Assembly (NCBI GenBank): GCA_003388555.1
Contig: QQVD01000018.1
Location: 1,274-65,273, forward strand
Direction of reading: 5' to 3'
DNA length: 64,000 bases
DNA from: Acidobacteriota bacterium
GTDB lineage: Bacteria > Acidobacteriota > Thermoanaerobaculia > Multivoradales > Multivoraceae
Under the pieces are notes generated by a model. That model did not search any database. It saw only the letters and a list, made by a program, of their open reading frames with translations, and was not told where the DNA came from. Below, one piece after another: positions 52,105 to 61,789 of this stretch. Made by a program: the position numbers and the translations under genes. Position 1 is the stretch's first letter; each line of letters begins with the position of its first letter.

Positions 52105-53049
52105 TTATTGCATGGTCGAGCCGGCGCGCGACCGCAGCTTGCCGCACATCTCCCGCAACTCGGCATCGTTGCCGAGGCGACGCAGCCCGGAGACCAGGGC
52201 ACGTGGGTCCGGGTTGCCCACCAGGCAACGCTCGAGACCCTCCCGATCCAGCACCAGCACGCTGCCGTTGCCGGTCGGCCGCAGGCTCACCGCCCAGGGT
52301 TGGCGTTCGAGCAGGCTCGACTCTCCCAGCAGATCGCCGATCGTGAAGGTGCGCAGGCTCGTGTCGCGGCCACCGGTCGGCGCCGGCGCCAGGGCCTCGA
52401 TCTCGCCGAAGGCGATCAGGAAGGCCCGTTCGTCGCTGGACTCGGCGCGTACGAGGGTCTCGCCGACACCGAATCGACGCAGCTTCATGTTCGAGAGCAC
52501 GCGCACGATCTGCTCGCCAGGGAGCTCCCGCACGACCGGCGAGCTGCTCAACCGGTCCCAGATCTGCTCCAGCTCGATCGCCGCCGTCGCGACCGCGCCG
52601 CTGCCGCTCCGACTGGCGCTGCTGAGCGCGGCGACCGCCTGGCGGCGCACCTGATCCAGCTTGCGCTTCTCCTCCAACAGCAGGAGCCGCTGCTTGATGC
52701 TCTCTTCGAGCGGCGCGATGCGCTGGCCGCGGGTGAGCGCAGCATGGGCGCGATCGAGGAAGCCGTCGCGCATCATCTGATCGGCCGCCCCGATGTACTC
52801 GACGATCGCCTCGTCCCGCTGTTCGAGCCGCTCGAGGACGCCGGCGAGCTTGAGCCGCGCGTGGTGGTCCTGCGGTGCCGTCTTGAGCCGTTTGCGGAGG
52901 CGCTCCTCGGCCTCGGCGAAGCGCCCGAGGACGATCAGGTCATCGGTGGTCGGACCGGTATCGCGGTCGCGGGCGCCGGGCCGACGCTTGCCCTTGCCGC
53001 CACCCTTGTCGGCGGGCTTCTTGGAACGGCCCTGGAAGAACGACTTCAC
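52105..53049 (-). CDS. TPR plus cyclic-nucleotide-binding-domain protein
   Basis: TPR-like helices (HARLKLAGVLERLEQRDEAI) followed by CNB-like GETLVR...FLIAFGEI...GDLLGESSLL. GTG start. Confidence 0.75.
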   Translation of the reverse strand: MKSFFQGRSKKPADKGGGKGKRRPGARDRDTGPTTDDLIVLGRFAEAEERLRKRLKTAPQDHHARLKLAGVLERLEQRDEAIVEYIGAADQMMRDGFLDRAHAALTRGQRIAPLEESIKQRLLLLEEKRKLDQVRRQAVAALSSASRSGSGAVATAAIELEQIWDRLSSSPVVRELPGEQIVRVLSNMKLRRFGVGETLVRAESSDERAFLIAFGEIEALAPAPTGGRDTSLRTFTIGDLLGESSLLERQPWAVSLRPTGNGSVLVLDREGLERCLVGNPDPRALVSGLRRLGNDAELREMCGKLRSRAGSTMQ

Positions 53050-53586
53050 CCGGCACCTCGACCCCGTGAATCGATGAGACACCCCTGGGGAACCCGGCGA
53101 CGAGTCGCCACACGGTGCACCGCGTAGCCTGGGCCAAGGGGCGATCCTCCACTGTACGCGCCACTGCTGACGGCGGTCAAGGTCCGCCTCCCGGTGTCGT
53201 CCTCTCGTGAGGACGGCATGAGACCCGCAGAGAACGGTCGCCGGACGTCGCTCCTCACGGTGCCTGGAGTGCTCGGATCGCGGATCCCCGGGATGGCTGC
53301 TGGGTCCCTTCCCAGCCGCCAGATCGCCGCCTGGCGCCGCCCGCGCCGGCGGTGCCGAGCCGAGGTCGGTCGGGGTCGCGAAGGAGCTCGGCTTAGATCG
53401 CGCTACGTCCCGTTCCGCGGGGGTTTGCCTGGTGTGGGGCCATCGGCGGGCGAGCCGACGAGGTGGCTGCGATGCTCGCCCGGCACAATGCGTGCGCGCT
53501 CCCGCCGGCGGCCACCCCTGGATCCAGCGGCCGCCTGGGCGCCCGGCATGTGGGCCTTGCCGTAGGCTCGACCGGACTTTCGGTCC

Positions 53587-53602
53587 TGGAACACATGTTG
53601 CA
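53587..53602 (+). promoter_or_regulatory. Sigma54 -24/-12 promoter candidate (TGGAACACATGTTGCA)
   Basis: GG-N10-GC with TTGCA, ~75 bp upstream of the ATG at 53676. Confidence 0.6.
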
Positions 53603-53675
53603 CCGGATGTCCGGCGTGCGGCGGATCGCGGCGAACTGCGACGAGCCGGCACCAGAGACCGAGGAGGCTACCGCC

Positions 53676-56450
53676 ATGACCCTTGACCGCAACGATCACT
53701 CCATCGACCGCGCCGAGCGTCCGTCACGCGAGCGCTGGCGCCGACCCTCCCTCCCGGCCGTCGCCGCGGCTCCGCCGCAGCGCCGCGTCGCGGGGATCAC
53801 GCTGCTCGGCGGGCTCCTAGCGACGCTCGCGAGCGTGCTGCTGGCGGCCGGCGCACGGGCCCAGGACTACGCCGACACGGCGGACGAGCGACGCTACAGC
53901 TCGGTGCGCTTCCTCGAAGGCCCGGCTTCGCTGCAGACCGAGGAGAGCGCCGAGCGCATCGACCTCGAGCCCAACTACCCCATCGTCACCGGCGACCGGC
54001 TGTGGGTGCCGCCCGGCTCCCGCGTCCTGGTCGCCCTCGCCGACGGCAGCCTGCTGGCTGTCGGAGGCGGCACCGAGGTGGTCTTCGACCAGCTCGCGCT
54101 GTCGCTCGACAGCGAAGAGTCGACCTCGCGCCTGCGTCTGCTGCAGGGGCGTATCGACCTCAACGTCGACGAGTTCTTCCAGGCGCCCGAGCTGCCCATC
54201 GTCGACACGGCGAATGCCCGTGTCTTCGTGCAGTCCGAATACGCCCGCCTGGCCATCGGCGCCAACCACTCGGACTGGACCGAGGTCACCACCCGTGACG
54301 GCCTGGCCGAGGTCCTGACCCCCAACGGCTCGTCGCTGGTGCGAGCCGACGAGGAGCTGACCGTGCGCGGCATCCACGACACTGCGGTCGATCTCGCCCA
54401 GGCGGCTCCGCTGCAGGATCTCGAGCTGTGGGCCGGCGACTCGGCGGTGCGGTTGGCTCGTGGCACTTTCGACGAGCTCGAGGCGCCGCTTCCCGAGACC
54501 GCCCAGCTCGACGATCACGGTGACTGGGTCGTCGTCGAAGGCAGCCGCGCCTGGCGCCCGCGCGTCGCGACGGACTGGCGGCCGTACTCCTCCGGGCGCT
54601 GGGTCCATACCCCCACGGGGCTCTACTGGGCCACCTACGATCCGTGGTCGCCGGTGGTCTACCACTACGGCGGCTGGGACCTGCACCCGCGTTGGGGCTG
54701 GGTCTGGTACCCGGGCTACCGCTACGCGCCGGCACACGTCGCCTGGTATTTCGGGCCCGACTACTACGGTTGGATCCCGACCACCTATTACCGACGCCAC
54801 TACGGCTTCCATCTCACCGGCTTCGGATTCCGGTTCGGCATCTGGGGCCGCGCCGGCGGCTACTGGGACCCGTTCTACGACTGGACGTTCTGCCCGACCG
54901 GGTACTTCGGCGCGCGCCGCGGCTACCACCACTACCGCTCGGGTCGCTACTACCGTGACCGCGGCCACGGCCGCCTCGGTGACGGCTACGTCACCACCGA
55001 CACCACCTACGTGACCAAGGCCCACCTGCGCGATCCCGACCGCATCTACCGCGATCTCGACCGCGACGGCGGACGACGTGACCTGGTCGACGTCAACCCT
55101 CTGCTGGCCAGGGGCAAGGAGGTCCCGGAGTCGGTCCGCAAGGCGGTGCTGGTGCGCGGCGACAGTCAGACGGTGACACCGAAGGTGCGCCGCGGTGTGC
55201 TGGCCTCGGGCGAGGTCCCGAGAGCGAGCGAGCGTGGTGTCAAGGTGGCCACAGGCACCCGCTCCAGCCTGCGCTCCACGAGCACGGTGAACGGCAAGAG
55301 CACCGGCAGCCTGCGGTCGGTGCCGCGCAGCGACGAACGGCGCGAGCCGGCAAAGGCGATCGTCGACGGCGTCCGCCAGCGCAGCGACTCCGGCGCGACC
55401 GCGAAGGTGCCCGCCACCTCCTGGCGAGGACCGGACACCGACGGCCGGGCAGCGACGAGCGCCCGCGGTCGAGTCGACGGCCGCGGCGACGACGGCAAGG
55501 GCCGCACCACGGTCCGCGGCGTCGAACGGGGTGCCACACCGAGCACCGTGAGCAGTCCGCGGGGCAGCGTGCGCGACAGCGGCAACCGTGAGAAGACGAC
55601 GCCGCCGTCCCGCTCGGCGCCGACGATGCGCTCCACCGCCCCGCCCAGGACGGCGCAGCCGCGCACGGTTCCGTCGCGCCCGAGCACGTCGCAGCCGAAG
55701 GCGACGCCGTCGCGACCCAGCTCGGCACAGCCCAAGGCGGCGCCGTCGGCTCCTCCTCGCAGTGCCTCGCCGCGGTCGAGCTCGCCGCCGCCGCGGCAGG
55801 CGTCGCCGCCGCCCTCGAGCCCACGAGCCACGCCGAAGAGCTCCAAGCCGCCGGCCGCTCGTGAGGTCAGCGGCGTGCGCGGCGCCAGTCGGGAGCAGGT
55901 GAGCCAGCGCGCCAAGACCAGGGCGCTGCCGCGCTCCAGCCGGTCGCCGGGCTCCTCCCGCACCGTGAGTCGCTCGCGCGCCTCACGACCGGTAGCCAGC
56001 CCGCGCCGCCCGGCGCCCAGCTCCCGCTCCAGCGTGCGCGACGAGTCTTCCCGCACCAGGCGTCCGTCGGCACGGTCGTCGGCGGCGAGCCCGTCACGGA
56101 GACCGGCGAGCAGCTCCGCGAGTCAGGTGCGCTCCAGCGGCCGGTCGGGCTCGGTCTCTGCGTCGCGACCGGCGCCGTCGACGCGTGGCCGCAGCAGCGT
56201 GCGCTCGGCGCCGAGTCGTTCCTCGACCGTGCGTTCGGCGCCCCGGAACTCGGCGCCGCGACCGACGGTGAAGAGCTCGCCGTCTCGGCGCTCGACCTCG
56301 GCGCGCCCCTCGAGCCGCCCGTCGTCGCGTCCTTCGGCCAAGAGCAGCTCGCCACCGCGCCGCTCTGCGGCCTCGAGCGGCAGGTCCAGCTCGCGGCCGA
56401 AGCCGAGCGCCAGGTCGGCACGATCGAAGCGGCCGCCGGGCGGCGCCTGA
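53676..56450 (+). CDS. Secreted FecR-like + DUF6600-like protein with very long Ser/Arg/Pro-rich tail
   Basis: Signal/TM segment, NYPIVTGDRLW FecR-like part, LDDHGDW...WRP...WRPYSSGRW...YHYGGW aromatic domain, and ~400-aa low-complexity tail. GAGGAGG SD. Confidence 0.8.
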   Translation: MTLDRNDHSIDRAERPSRERWRRPSLPAVAAAPPQRRVAGITLLGGLLATLASVLLAAGARAQDYADTADERRYSSVRFLEGPASLQTEESAERIDLEPNYPIVTGDRLWVPPGSRVLVALADGSLLAVGGGTEVVFDQLALSLDSEESTSRLRLLQGRIDLNVDEFFQAPELPIVDTANARVFVQSEYARLAIGANHSDWTEVTTRDGLAEVLTPNGSSLVRADEELTVRGIHDTAVDLAQAAPLQDLELWAGDSAVRLARGTFDELEAPLPETAQLDDHGDWVVVEGSRAWRPRVATDWRPYSSGRWVHTPTGLYWATYDPWSPVVYHYGGWDLHPRWGWVWYPGYRYAPAHVAWYFGPDYYGWIPTTYYRRHYGFHLTGFGFRFGIWGRAGGYWDPFYDWTFCPTGYFGARRGYHHYRSGRYYRDRGHGRLGDGYVTTDTTYVTKAHLRDPDRIYRDLDRDGGRRDLVDVNPLLARGKEVPESVRKAVLVRGDSQTVTPKVRRGVLASGEVPRASERGVKVATGTRSSLRSTSTVNGKSTGSLRSVPRSDERREPAKAIVDGVRQRSDSGATAKVPATSWRGPDTDGRAATSARGRVDGRGDDGKGRTTVRGVERGATPSTVSSPRGSVRDSGNREKTTPPSRSAPTMRSTAPPRTAQPRTVPSRPSTSQPKATPSRPSSAQPKAAPSAPPRSASPRSSSPPPRQASPPPSSPRATPKSSKPPAAREVSGVRGASREQVSQRAKTRALPRSSRSPGSSRTVSRSRASRPVASPRRPAPSSRSSVRDESSRTRRPSARSSAASPSRRPASSSASQVRSSGRSGSVSASRPAPSTRGRSSVRSAPSRSSTVRSAPRNSAPRPTVKSSPSRRSTSARPSSRPSSRPSAKSSSPPRRSAASSGRSSSRPKPSARSARSKRPPGGA

Positions 56451-56560
56451 CCGAGCCGCGAAGCCGCGACGGCTGGCGGGTCACGCCCCCGGCCGTCCGT
56501 GCCGATGCAGGAGCTGCCAGCTCTGCCGGAGTGGAACGAGATGCCAGTACACTCCCGCGC

Positions 56561-56830
56561 ATGGGCTGGTGGCGCTCCCTGCGGCGGGTCCTGCCGCGTC
56601 TGGTCTTCGTCCTCTACTGTCTCGAAGCGGGTCTGTTCCTCTGTCTGATCCCGTGGCGAGACGGCTGGGTCGTGCTGGTCGATCAGTTCGCGGTCGACGC
56701 GATGAGGCCCTACCTGCGGTCTTCGTTCATTCGCGCCCTGATCTGCGGCTTCGGCGTCGTGCACCTGCTGTGGGCCCTGCACGATCTGCACGACCTGCTG
56801 CGGCGCAGCGAAGATGTCGCACCCGGTTGA
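56561..56830 (+). CDS. Small two-TM membrane protein
   Basis: VLYCLEAGLFLCLIPW and FIRALICGFGVVHL; overlaps the next gene. Confidence 0.75.
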   Translation: MGWWRSLRRVLPRLVFVLYCLEAGLFLCLIPWRDGWVVLVDQFAVDAMRPYLRSSFIRALICGFGVVHLLWALHDLHDLLRRSEDVAPG

Positions 56831-57509
56831 CGGTCGGCGCGAAGCGGCGCCGCGGCTGCTCGCGATCAGCGACGGCCGCTCGAGCGGCGATCCGGGCGAG
56901 CGCCGCTGGTCCGACCTGCTGGGGCGCCTCGAAGCGATCGGCGCCGCGCTGCAGCTGCGCGAGAAGCACCTCGACGACCGCCGTCTGACGGAGCTCGCGA
57001 CCTGGATCCGCCGTCGCTTCAGCGGCCCGCTGATCTTGAACGGCAGGCCGGATCTGGCCGTCGCGGTCGGCGCCGACGGCGTGCACCTGCCGGCAGACGG
57101 TGCGCCGACGAGGACGGTGAGGGAAATGCTCGCGAGACACGGCGGAGCCTGCCTGCTCGGGCGCTCGTGCCACGTCGAGAACGAGGTTGCCGCAGCCGCG
57201 GCGGAGGGCGCCGACTACGTCGTCTTCGGACCCGTCTTCGCGACCCGCAGCAAGAGCGGTTCTGCTACCGGAGGTGTGGACGCCCTGCGAAGGGCGGCCC
57301 GCCATCGCGTGCCGGTGCTGGCGCTCGGCGGGATCTCCTCCTCCAACGGGGCTTCAGCCCTCGCCGCGGGCGCTCACGGGCTCGCCGCCATCACCGCCTT
57401 CGCCACCGATTCCGAGGCCCATGCCCTGGCGCGCCTGGTCGATCACTCCGCGGTCGTCGAGCCCACCGCCGCCGAGCTCGCTCCAGGCACCGACCAGGTC
57501 GGCAGGTAG
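56814..57509 (+). CDS. thiE: Thiamine-phosphate synthase / TenI family
   Basis: LQLREK, LNGRPDLA, DGVHLP, GRSCH, DYVVFGPVFATRSK, VLALGGI. Confidence 0.85.
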   Translation: MSHPVDGRREAAPRLLAISDGRSSGDPGERRWSDLLGRLEAIGAALQLREKHLDDRRLTELATWIRRRFSGPLILNGRPDLAVAVGADGVHLPADGAPTRTVREMLARHGGACLLGRSCHVENEVAAAAAEGADYVVFGPVFATRSKSGSATGGVDALRRAARHRVPVLALGGISSSNGASALAAGAHGLAAITAFATDSEAHALARLVDHSAVVEPTAAELAPGTDQVGR

Positions 57510-58511
57510 CGGGGCCAGGTACTCCAACGGCCGCCCGCCGACCGGATGGCGAAGCGCCAGGGCCCAGGCGTGCAGAGCCGGGCGTTGCAATCCGACGATG
57601 ACTCGACGCGCCTCCGGCGAGCGCACGCCGCGATGCCGGCGGCCGCCGTACTGCTCGTCGCCGAGGAGCGGGTGGCCGATCGCCTCGAGATGCACCCGGA
57701 TCTGGTGGGTGCGGCCGGTGTGGAGCCTGACCCGGAGGGCACTCGCGGGGACGAGCTCGCTGACCGCCAGTCGTCGGTACTCGCTGCGTGCCGGGCGCGC
57801 GCCCGCGCGCACGGCCATTCGGGTGCGGCGACCGGGATCGCGGCCGATCGGCCGCTCGATCACGCCGTGGCTCGGGGTCCGTCCGTAGCACAGGGCCAGA
57901 TACACCTTGCCCACCCGACGGGCGGCGAACTGGCGCACCAGCGACTGGTAGGCCGCTTCCGTGCGGGCCACCACCATGACCCCGGAGGTGCCGACGTCGA
58001 GGCGGTGCACGATGCCTGGACGGCGCGGATGACCGACGTGCCGCAGCTCCGGGAACTGCGCCACGAGCCGGTTGCAGAGGGTGCCGGCGGGGTGCCCGGC
58101 GCCGGGGTGCACCACCAGCCCGGCAGGTTTGTCGATGACCACGAGGTGCTCGTCGACGTAGAGGATCTCGAGCCTGCCCGGCTCGGCGCTCAGCTCCTGC
58201 TCCTCCCGCTCGGCGGCGCCGCAGTCGAGCACGACGATCCGTTCGCCTCCCTCGAGTCGCAGGCTCGGCTTGGCCGGCTTGCCCGCGACGTCGACCATGC
58301 CCCCGCGCAGGAGCTGTTGGATCCGGTTGCGTGGACGCGAGAGGGCGCCGGCCAGGTAGCGGTCGATCCTCTCGCCGGCCGACTCGGCGGCGACCTCGAT
58401 CACGATCCGATCCGTCTGCCCGGAACCGCCGTCGCGGCGATCGCGCGCCGGTCCCGCCGGCTGATCCCCGTGTCCGTCCGCCGCCGCCCGCTCAGGCGCG
58501 CACGGACTCAC
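57354..58511 (-). CDS. rluD: RluA/RluD family pseudouridine synthase
   Basis: S4 domain, DKPAGLVVHP, HRLDVGTSG, TGRTHQIRVH, ALHAWAL. Confidence 0.92.
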   Translation of the reverse strand: MSPCAPERAAADGHGDQPAGPARDRRDGGSGQTDRIVIEVAAESAGERIDRYLAGALSRPRNRIQQLLRGGMVDVAGKPAKPSLRLEGGERIVVLDCGAAEREEQELSAEPGRLEILYVDEHLVVIDKPAGLVVHPGAGHPAGTLCNRLVAQFPELRHVGHPRRPGIVHRLDVGTSGVMVVARTEAAYQSLVRQFAARRVGKVYLALCYGRTPSHGVIERPIGRDPGRRTRMAVRAGARPARSEYRRLAVSELVPASALRVRLHTGRTHQIRVHLEAIGHPLLGDEQYGGRRHRGVRSPEARRVIVGLQRPALHAWALALRHPVGGRPLEYLAPLPADLVGAWSELGGGGLDDRGVIDQARQGMGLGIGGEGGDGGEPVSARGEG

Positions 58512-59034
58512 GCTCGTCCTCGGCCGCCGGCTCGGGAGCTGGCGCGAACAGCGACTCGACCACCAGGCAGACGATGCCGCCGGTGATCGCGCTGTCCGCG
58601 ACGTTGAAGGTCGGCCAATGCCGCGTGCCGACGTAGACGTCGAGGAAGTCGGTGACCGCCTGGAAGGCGATGCGGTCGACCAGGTTGCCGACGGCGCCGC
58701 CGAGCACCAGGGCCAGAGCGACGAGGAGGAGTCGCCGGTCGGGCGGAGTCCGGGCGAAGTAGATCGAGACCAGGATCAGCGCCAGGGCGCCGAACAACCC
58801 GAGGACCAGCGTGCCCACCAGCTCGCCCCGGCTCGGGAACAGGCCGAAGGCGATGCCGGTGTTCTTGACGTGGATCAGGTTGAAGAAGCCGGGAACGACC
58901 TCCACCGTCTGATAGAGAGCCCAGCCGCGCTCGATCGCCAGCTTGGTCCACTGATCGAGGGCGAAGACGAGGGCGGCGACAGCCAGCAGCCAGCTCTTGA
59001 TCGGGGAGCGGGTGCTGGTCTCGGCGTCGGGCAT
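58492..59034 (-). CDS. lspA: Lipoprotein signal peptidase II
   Basis: DQWTK, NTGIAFG, GAVGNLVDR, VTDFL, FNVADSAI. Confidence 0.96.
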   Translation of the reverse strand: MPDAETSTRSPIKSWLLAVAALVFALDQWTKLAIERGWALYQTVEVVPGFFNLIHVKNTGIAFGLFPSRGELVGTLVLGLFGALALILVSIYFARTPPDRRLLLVALALVLGGAVGNLVDRIAFQAVTDFLDVYVGTRHWPTFNVADSAITGGIVCLVVESLFAPAPEPAAEDERESVRA

Positions 59035-59142
59035 CGATCTTCTCCGTACGAACCAGCGGGCATCGTAGCGCACGGCCACGAGTGCGGCTGGAGCCGCGTC
59101 GGCCGCAGCGGTGCCGACCGGCCGCTCCGGTCGGTGCCTTCG

Positions 59143-60255
59143 TCAGAGCAGCTCGCCGAGCTCGCTGAAGGGCCTCTCCTGTGACTCCGCGACGGCCCGG
59201 TAGGTGATCCGGCCGGCATAGGTGTTGACGCCGTTGCGCAGCCCCTCGTCCTCGCGCAGCACCTCGCTGAGCGGCCCGCGAGCGAGCGTCCTGGCGAATG
59301 GCAGCGTCACCGAGTTGAGGGCGAACGTCGAGGTGCGTGGCACGGCTCCCGGCATGTTCGCCACGCAGTAGTGCACCACACCGTCGACCTCGTAGACCGG
59401 ATCCGAATGGGTGGTGGCGCGGGTGGTCTCGGCGCAGCCTCCCTGATCCACCGCCACGTCCACCAGGACCGAGCCCGGCTTCATCTCCTTCAGCATGGCG
59501 CGGCTGATCAGCTTGGGAGCCGAGCGACCGGGGATGAGGACCGCGCCGACCACCAGGTCGGCGCGCGACATCGCCGCCATCACGTTGTGGTGGTTGCTGG
59601 CCAGGGTGGTGATCGCGCCGCGGAATAGGTCGTCGATGTAGCGCAGGCGGCTGACATTGGTGTCGAGCACGGTGACGCGGGCGCCGAGGCCGAGCGCCAC
59701 GCGGGCGGAGTTGAGGCCGACGATGCCGCCACCGATGATCACGACGTCTCCCGGCGGCACCCCCGGGACTCCGCACAGCAGGGTGCCGCGCCCGCCGTAG
59801 GGCCGCTGCAGGTAGTAGTTGCCCACCAGAACCGCCATACGGCCGGCGACCTCCGACATCGGCGTCAGCAGCGGCAGTCCTCCGGTGCGATCGGTGATCG
59901 TCTCGTAGGCGACCCCGGTGACCTTCTTCTCGAGCAGCGCGGTGGTCAGCTCGGGGAGCGGTGCCAGATGCAGGTAGGTGAAGAGGATCTGATCGCGCTG
60001 CATGCGGTCGAACTCGACCGCGACCGGTTCCTTGACCTTGACGATCATCTCGCTGCGCGCCCAGACATCGTCGGCCGCCTCGACCAGCGAGGCCCCGGCG
60101 GCTTCGTACTCCTCGTCGAGGATTCCACTGCCCTCGCCCGCCCCTCGCTCCACCAGCACCTCGTGGCCGTCCTCGACCAGCGCGTGAACGCTCGCCGGGA
60201 TCAATCCGACGCGGTACTCGTGGTCCTTGACCTCTCTCGGCACCCCAACTCGCAT
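59143..60255 (-). CDS. ald: Alanine dehydrogenase
   Basis: [58 protein letters not shown]. Confidence 0.97.
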   Translation of the reverse strand: MRVGVPREVKDHEYRVGLIPASVHALVEDGHEVLVERGAGEGSGILDEEYEAAGASLVEAADDVWARSEMIVKVKEPVAVEFDRMQRDQILFTYLHLAPLPELTTALLEKKVTGVAYETITDRTGGLPLLTPMSEVAGRMAVLVGNYYLQRPYGGRGTLLCGVPGVPPGDVVIIGGGIVGLNSARVALGLGARVTVLDTNVSRLRYIDDLFRGAITTLASNHHNVMAAMSRADLVVGAVLIPGRSAPKLISRAMLKEMKPGSVLVDVAVDQGGCAETTRATTHSDPVYEVDGVVHYCVANMPGAVPRTSTFALNSVTLPFARTLARGPLSEVLREDEGLRNGVNTYAGRITYRAVAESQERPFSELGELL

Positions 60256-60496
60256 CCCTACCTCCTCTCCAACGATCTCCTGCCCGGCGGATCTGGCCTC
60301 GCGCCCCGTCGCGGAGCGGCCGGAGCGTCGGACGCGCCTCGCATCATCTGACTCTCGGCTGACCTCGAGCGGTGCGTCCCCAGGGGTACCCTGGCGGGTG
60401 CCGTGGCGCCGCGGTTGCCCCGCGACCGCGTGCGAAAGCGGCTCTCCGGCTCCGGCTCCGTTCAGCGCCGTCGATGCGGCCGACGGAGCGACGGCA

Positions 60497-60988
60497 TCAG
60501 CCGGCCGAGAGGCTGCGCGGCGCCTGAGCCGACGACGACTTGCCGGCGGCGCGGCCGGGATTCATCTCGATCTTGCCCTTGCAGAATCCGCCCTCGGCGA
60601 TCGCGACCCGCGGAGCGACAACGTCCCCCTCGATCGACCCCGAGGGCATCAATTCCACCTTCTCGCTCGCCGAGACGTTGCCCTTCAGCGTGCCGGAGAT
60701 GCGCACCGAACGGGCCGAGACGTCACCGACCACCCTTCCCTTGTCGCCGATGATCAGCTCGTCCTCGAGGTTGACCTCGCCCTCGACGATGCCTTCGACC
60801 AGGACCTGGCTGGATCCCGAGATGCGCCCTTCGATCTTCGACCCGGCGGCGACCAGCGTCTTCTGAGCGCCCGCTGCCTGCGGTCTCGCCGGAGCGCCTG
60901 GAGCCGCGGCGGCGGGCCGTCCGACCGGCGTCGGCTCTGGTTTGGGGGCGGGAGTCTGCGAGCTTCCATCGCGGCGGAAAATCGACAT
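60497..60988 (-). CDS. Bactofilin (polymer-forming cytoskeletal protein)
   Basis: Pro-rich N-terminus followed by beta-helix repeats ([44 protein letters not shown]). Confidence 0.92.
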   Translation of the reverse strand: MSIFRRDGSSQTPAPKPEPTPVGRPAAAAPGAPARPQAAGAQKTLVAAGSKIEGRISGSSQVLVEGIVEGEVNLEDELIIGDKGRVVGDVSARSVRISGTLKGNVSASEKVELMPSGSIEGDVVAPRVAIAEGGFCKGKIEMNPGRAAGKSSSAQAPRSLSAG

Positions 60989-61028
60989 CTGGACCTCTGT
61001 CTTTGGGTGGCGTCTGGAGCCGGGTCGC

Positions 61029-61104
61029 TGGAGCGGGCAACGGGACTCGAACCCGCGACATCAAGCTTGGGAAGCTTGCACTCTACCAACTGAGTTATGC
61101 CCGC
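61029..61104 (-). tRNA. tRNA-Gly(CCC)
   Basis: Reverse complement GCGGGCATAACTCAGTTGGTAGAGTGCAAGCTTCCCAAGCTTG...GTTCGAGTCCCGTTGCCCGCTCCA. Confidence 0.96.
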
Positions 61105-61238
61105 CCACGCGCAACGTACCCGAAGCCTCTGGCGGCGGTCAACCGCTTCCTGGCACGGCTCCACGAAGCCCCTTCGCGAGCATCCGTAGGGGCTGGAGAG
61201 GTCCGCGAGGGCTCGTGACCGTGGGCTATAATGAGACC

Positions 61239-61550
61239 ATGGCGAACGACGTGGATTCAGGAGAGCCCGCGATCACCGGAAGCGATCGTCAGAACGAGCC
61301 GACCCTCTACTTCTTCCCCGAGGACGACGTCACCGAGTCGCAGCTGCGGCGCATCCTGGCCTCGGGTGGCGAGGACGAGCGCAGCTGGGCCATCTCGCAC
61401 CTGCTCCGCTTCGCCCAGTGGGACGACATCTGGCTCTACGTCAGTCGCGACGAAGTGCGTCAGCTCTTCGAGAGCATCGAACTCCCCGAGACCCTGCGCG
61501 CCGCCTGGGCACGCATGCTCAAGATCGAAGACGGCGTTCGCATCGGCTGA
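61239..61550 (+). CDS. Small hypothetical protein (103 aa)
   Basis: Protein-like composition (YFFPEDDVTESQLRRIL...WAISHLLRFAQWDDIW). TATAAT 6 nt upstream of the ATG. Confidence 0.8.
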   Translation: MANDVDSGEPAITGSDRQNEPTLYFFPEDDVTESQLRRILASGGEDERSWAISHLLRFAQWDDIWLYVSRDEVRQLFESIELPETLRAAWARMLKIEDGVRIG

Positions 61551-61789
61551 GTCCGCTCGCCACCCGATCCCCGATGCAGCGCTCTCGCTCCGCGTCACGA
61601 CGTTCGTCGGCCCTCGCGCCGACGATCGGCTGACACCCTCGCCCGAGCGATCGGGGACCAGGCCAACCGCGGTGCCCGACGTCGCCTCGACACCGGGCAC
61701 CACGCGGAGCGAACGGGTGAAACGACCGGCCGCCGCCATCCGCGGCACCGGGCCGTCACGGGCCGCCGCCCCTGACCAGCGGCGCCGCG

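Noticed and set aside
53481-53496. Second sigma54-like site CGGCACAATGCGTGC
   Set aside because: GG-N10-GC spacing fits, but the -12 element is poor; the site at 53587 is better placed.
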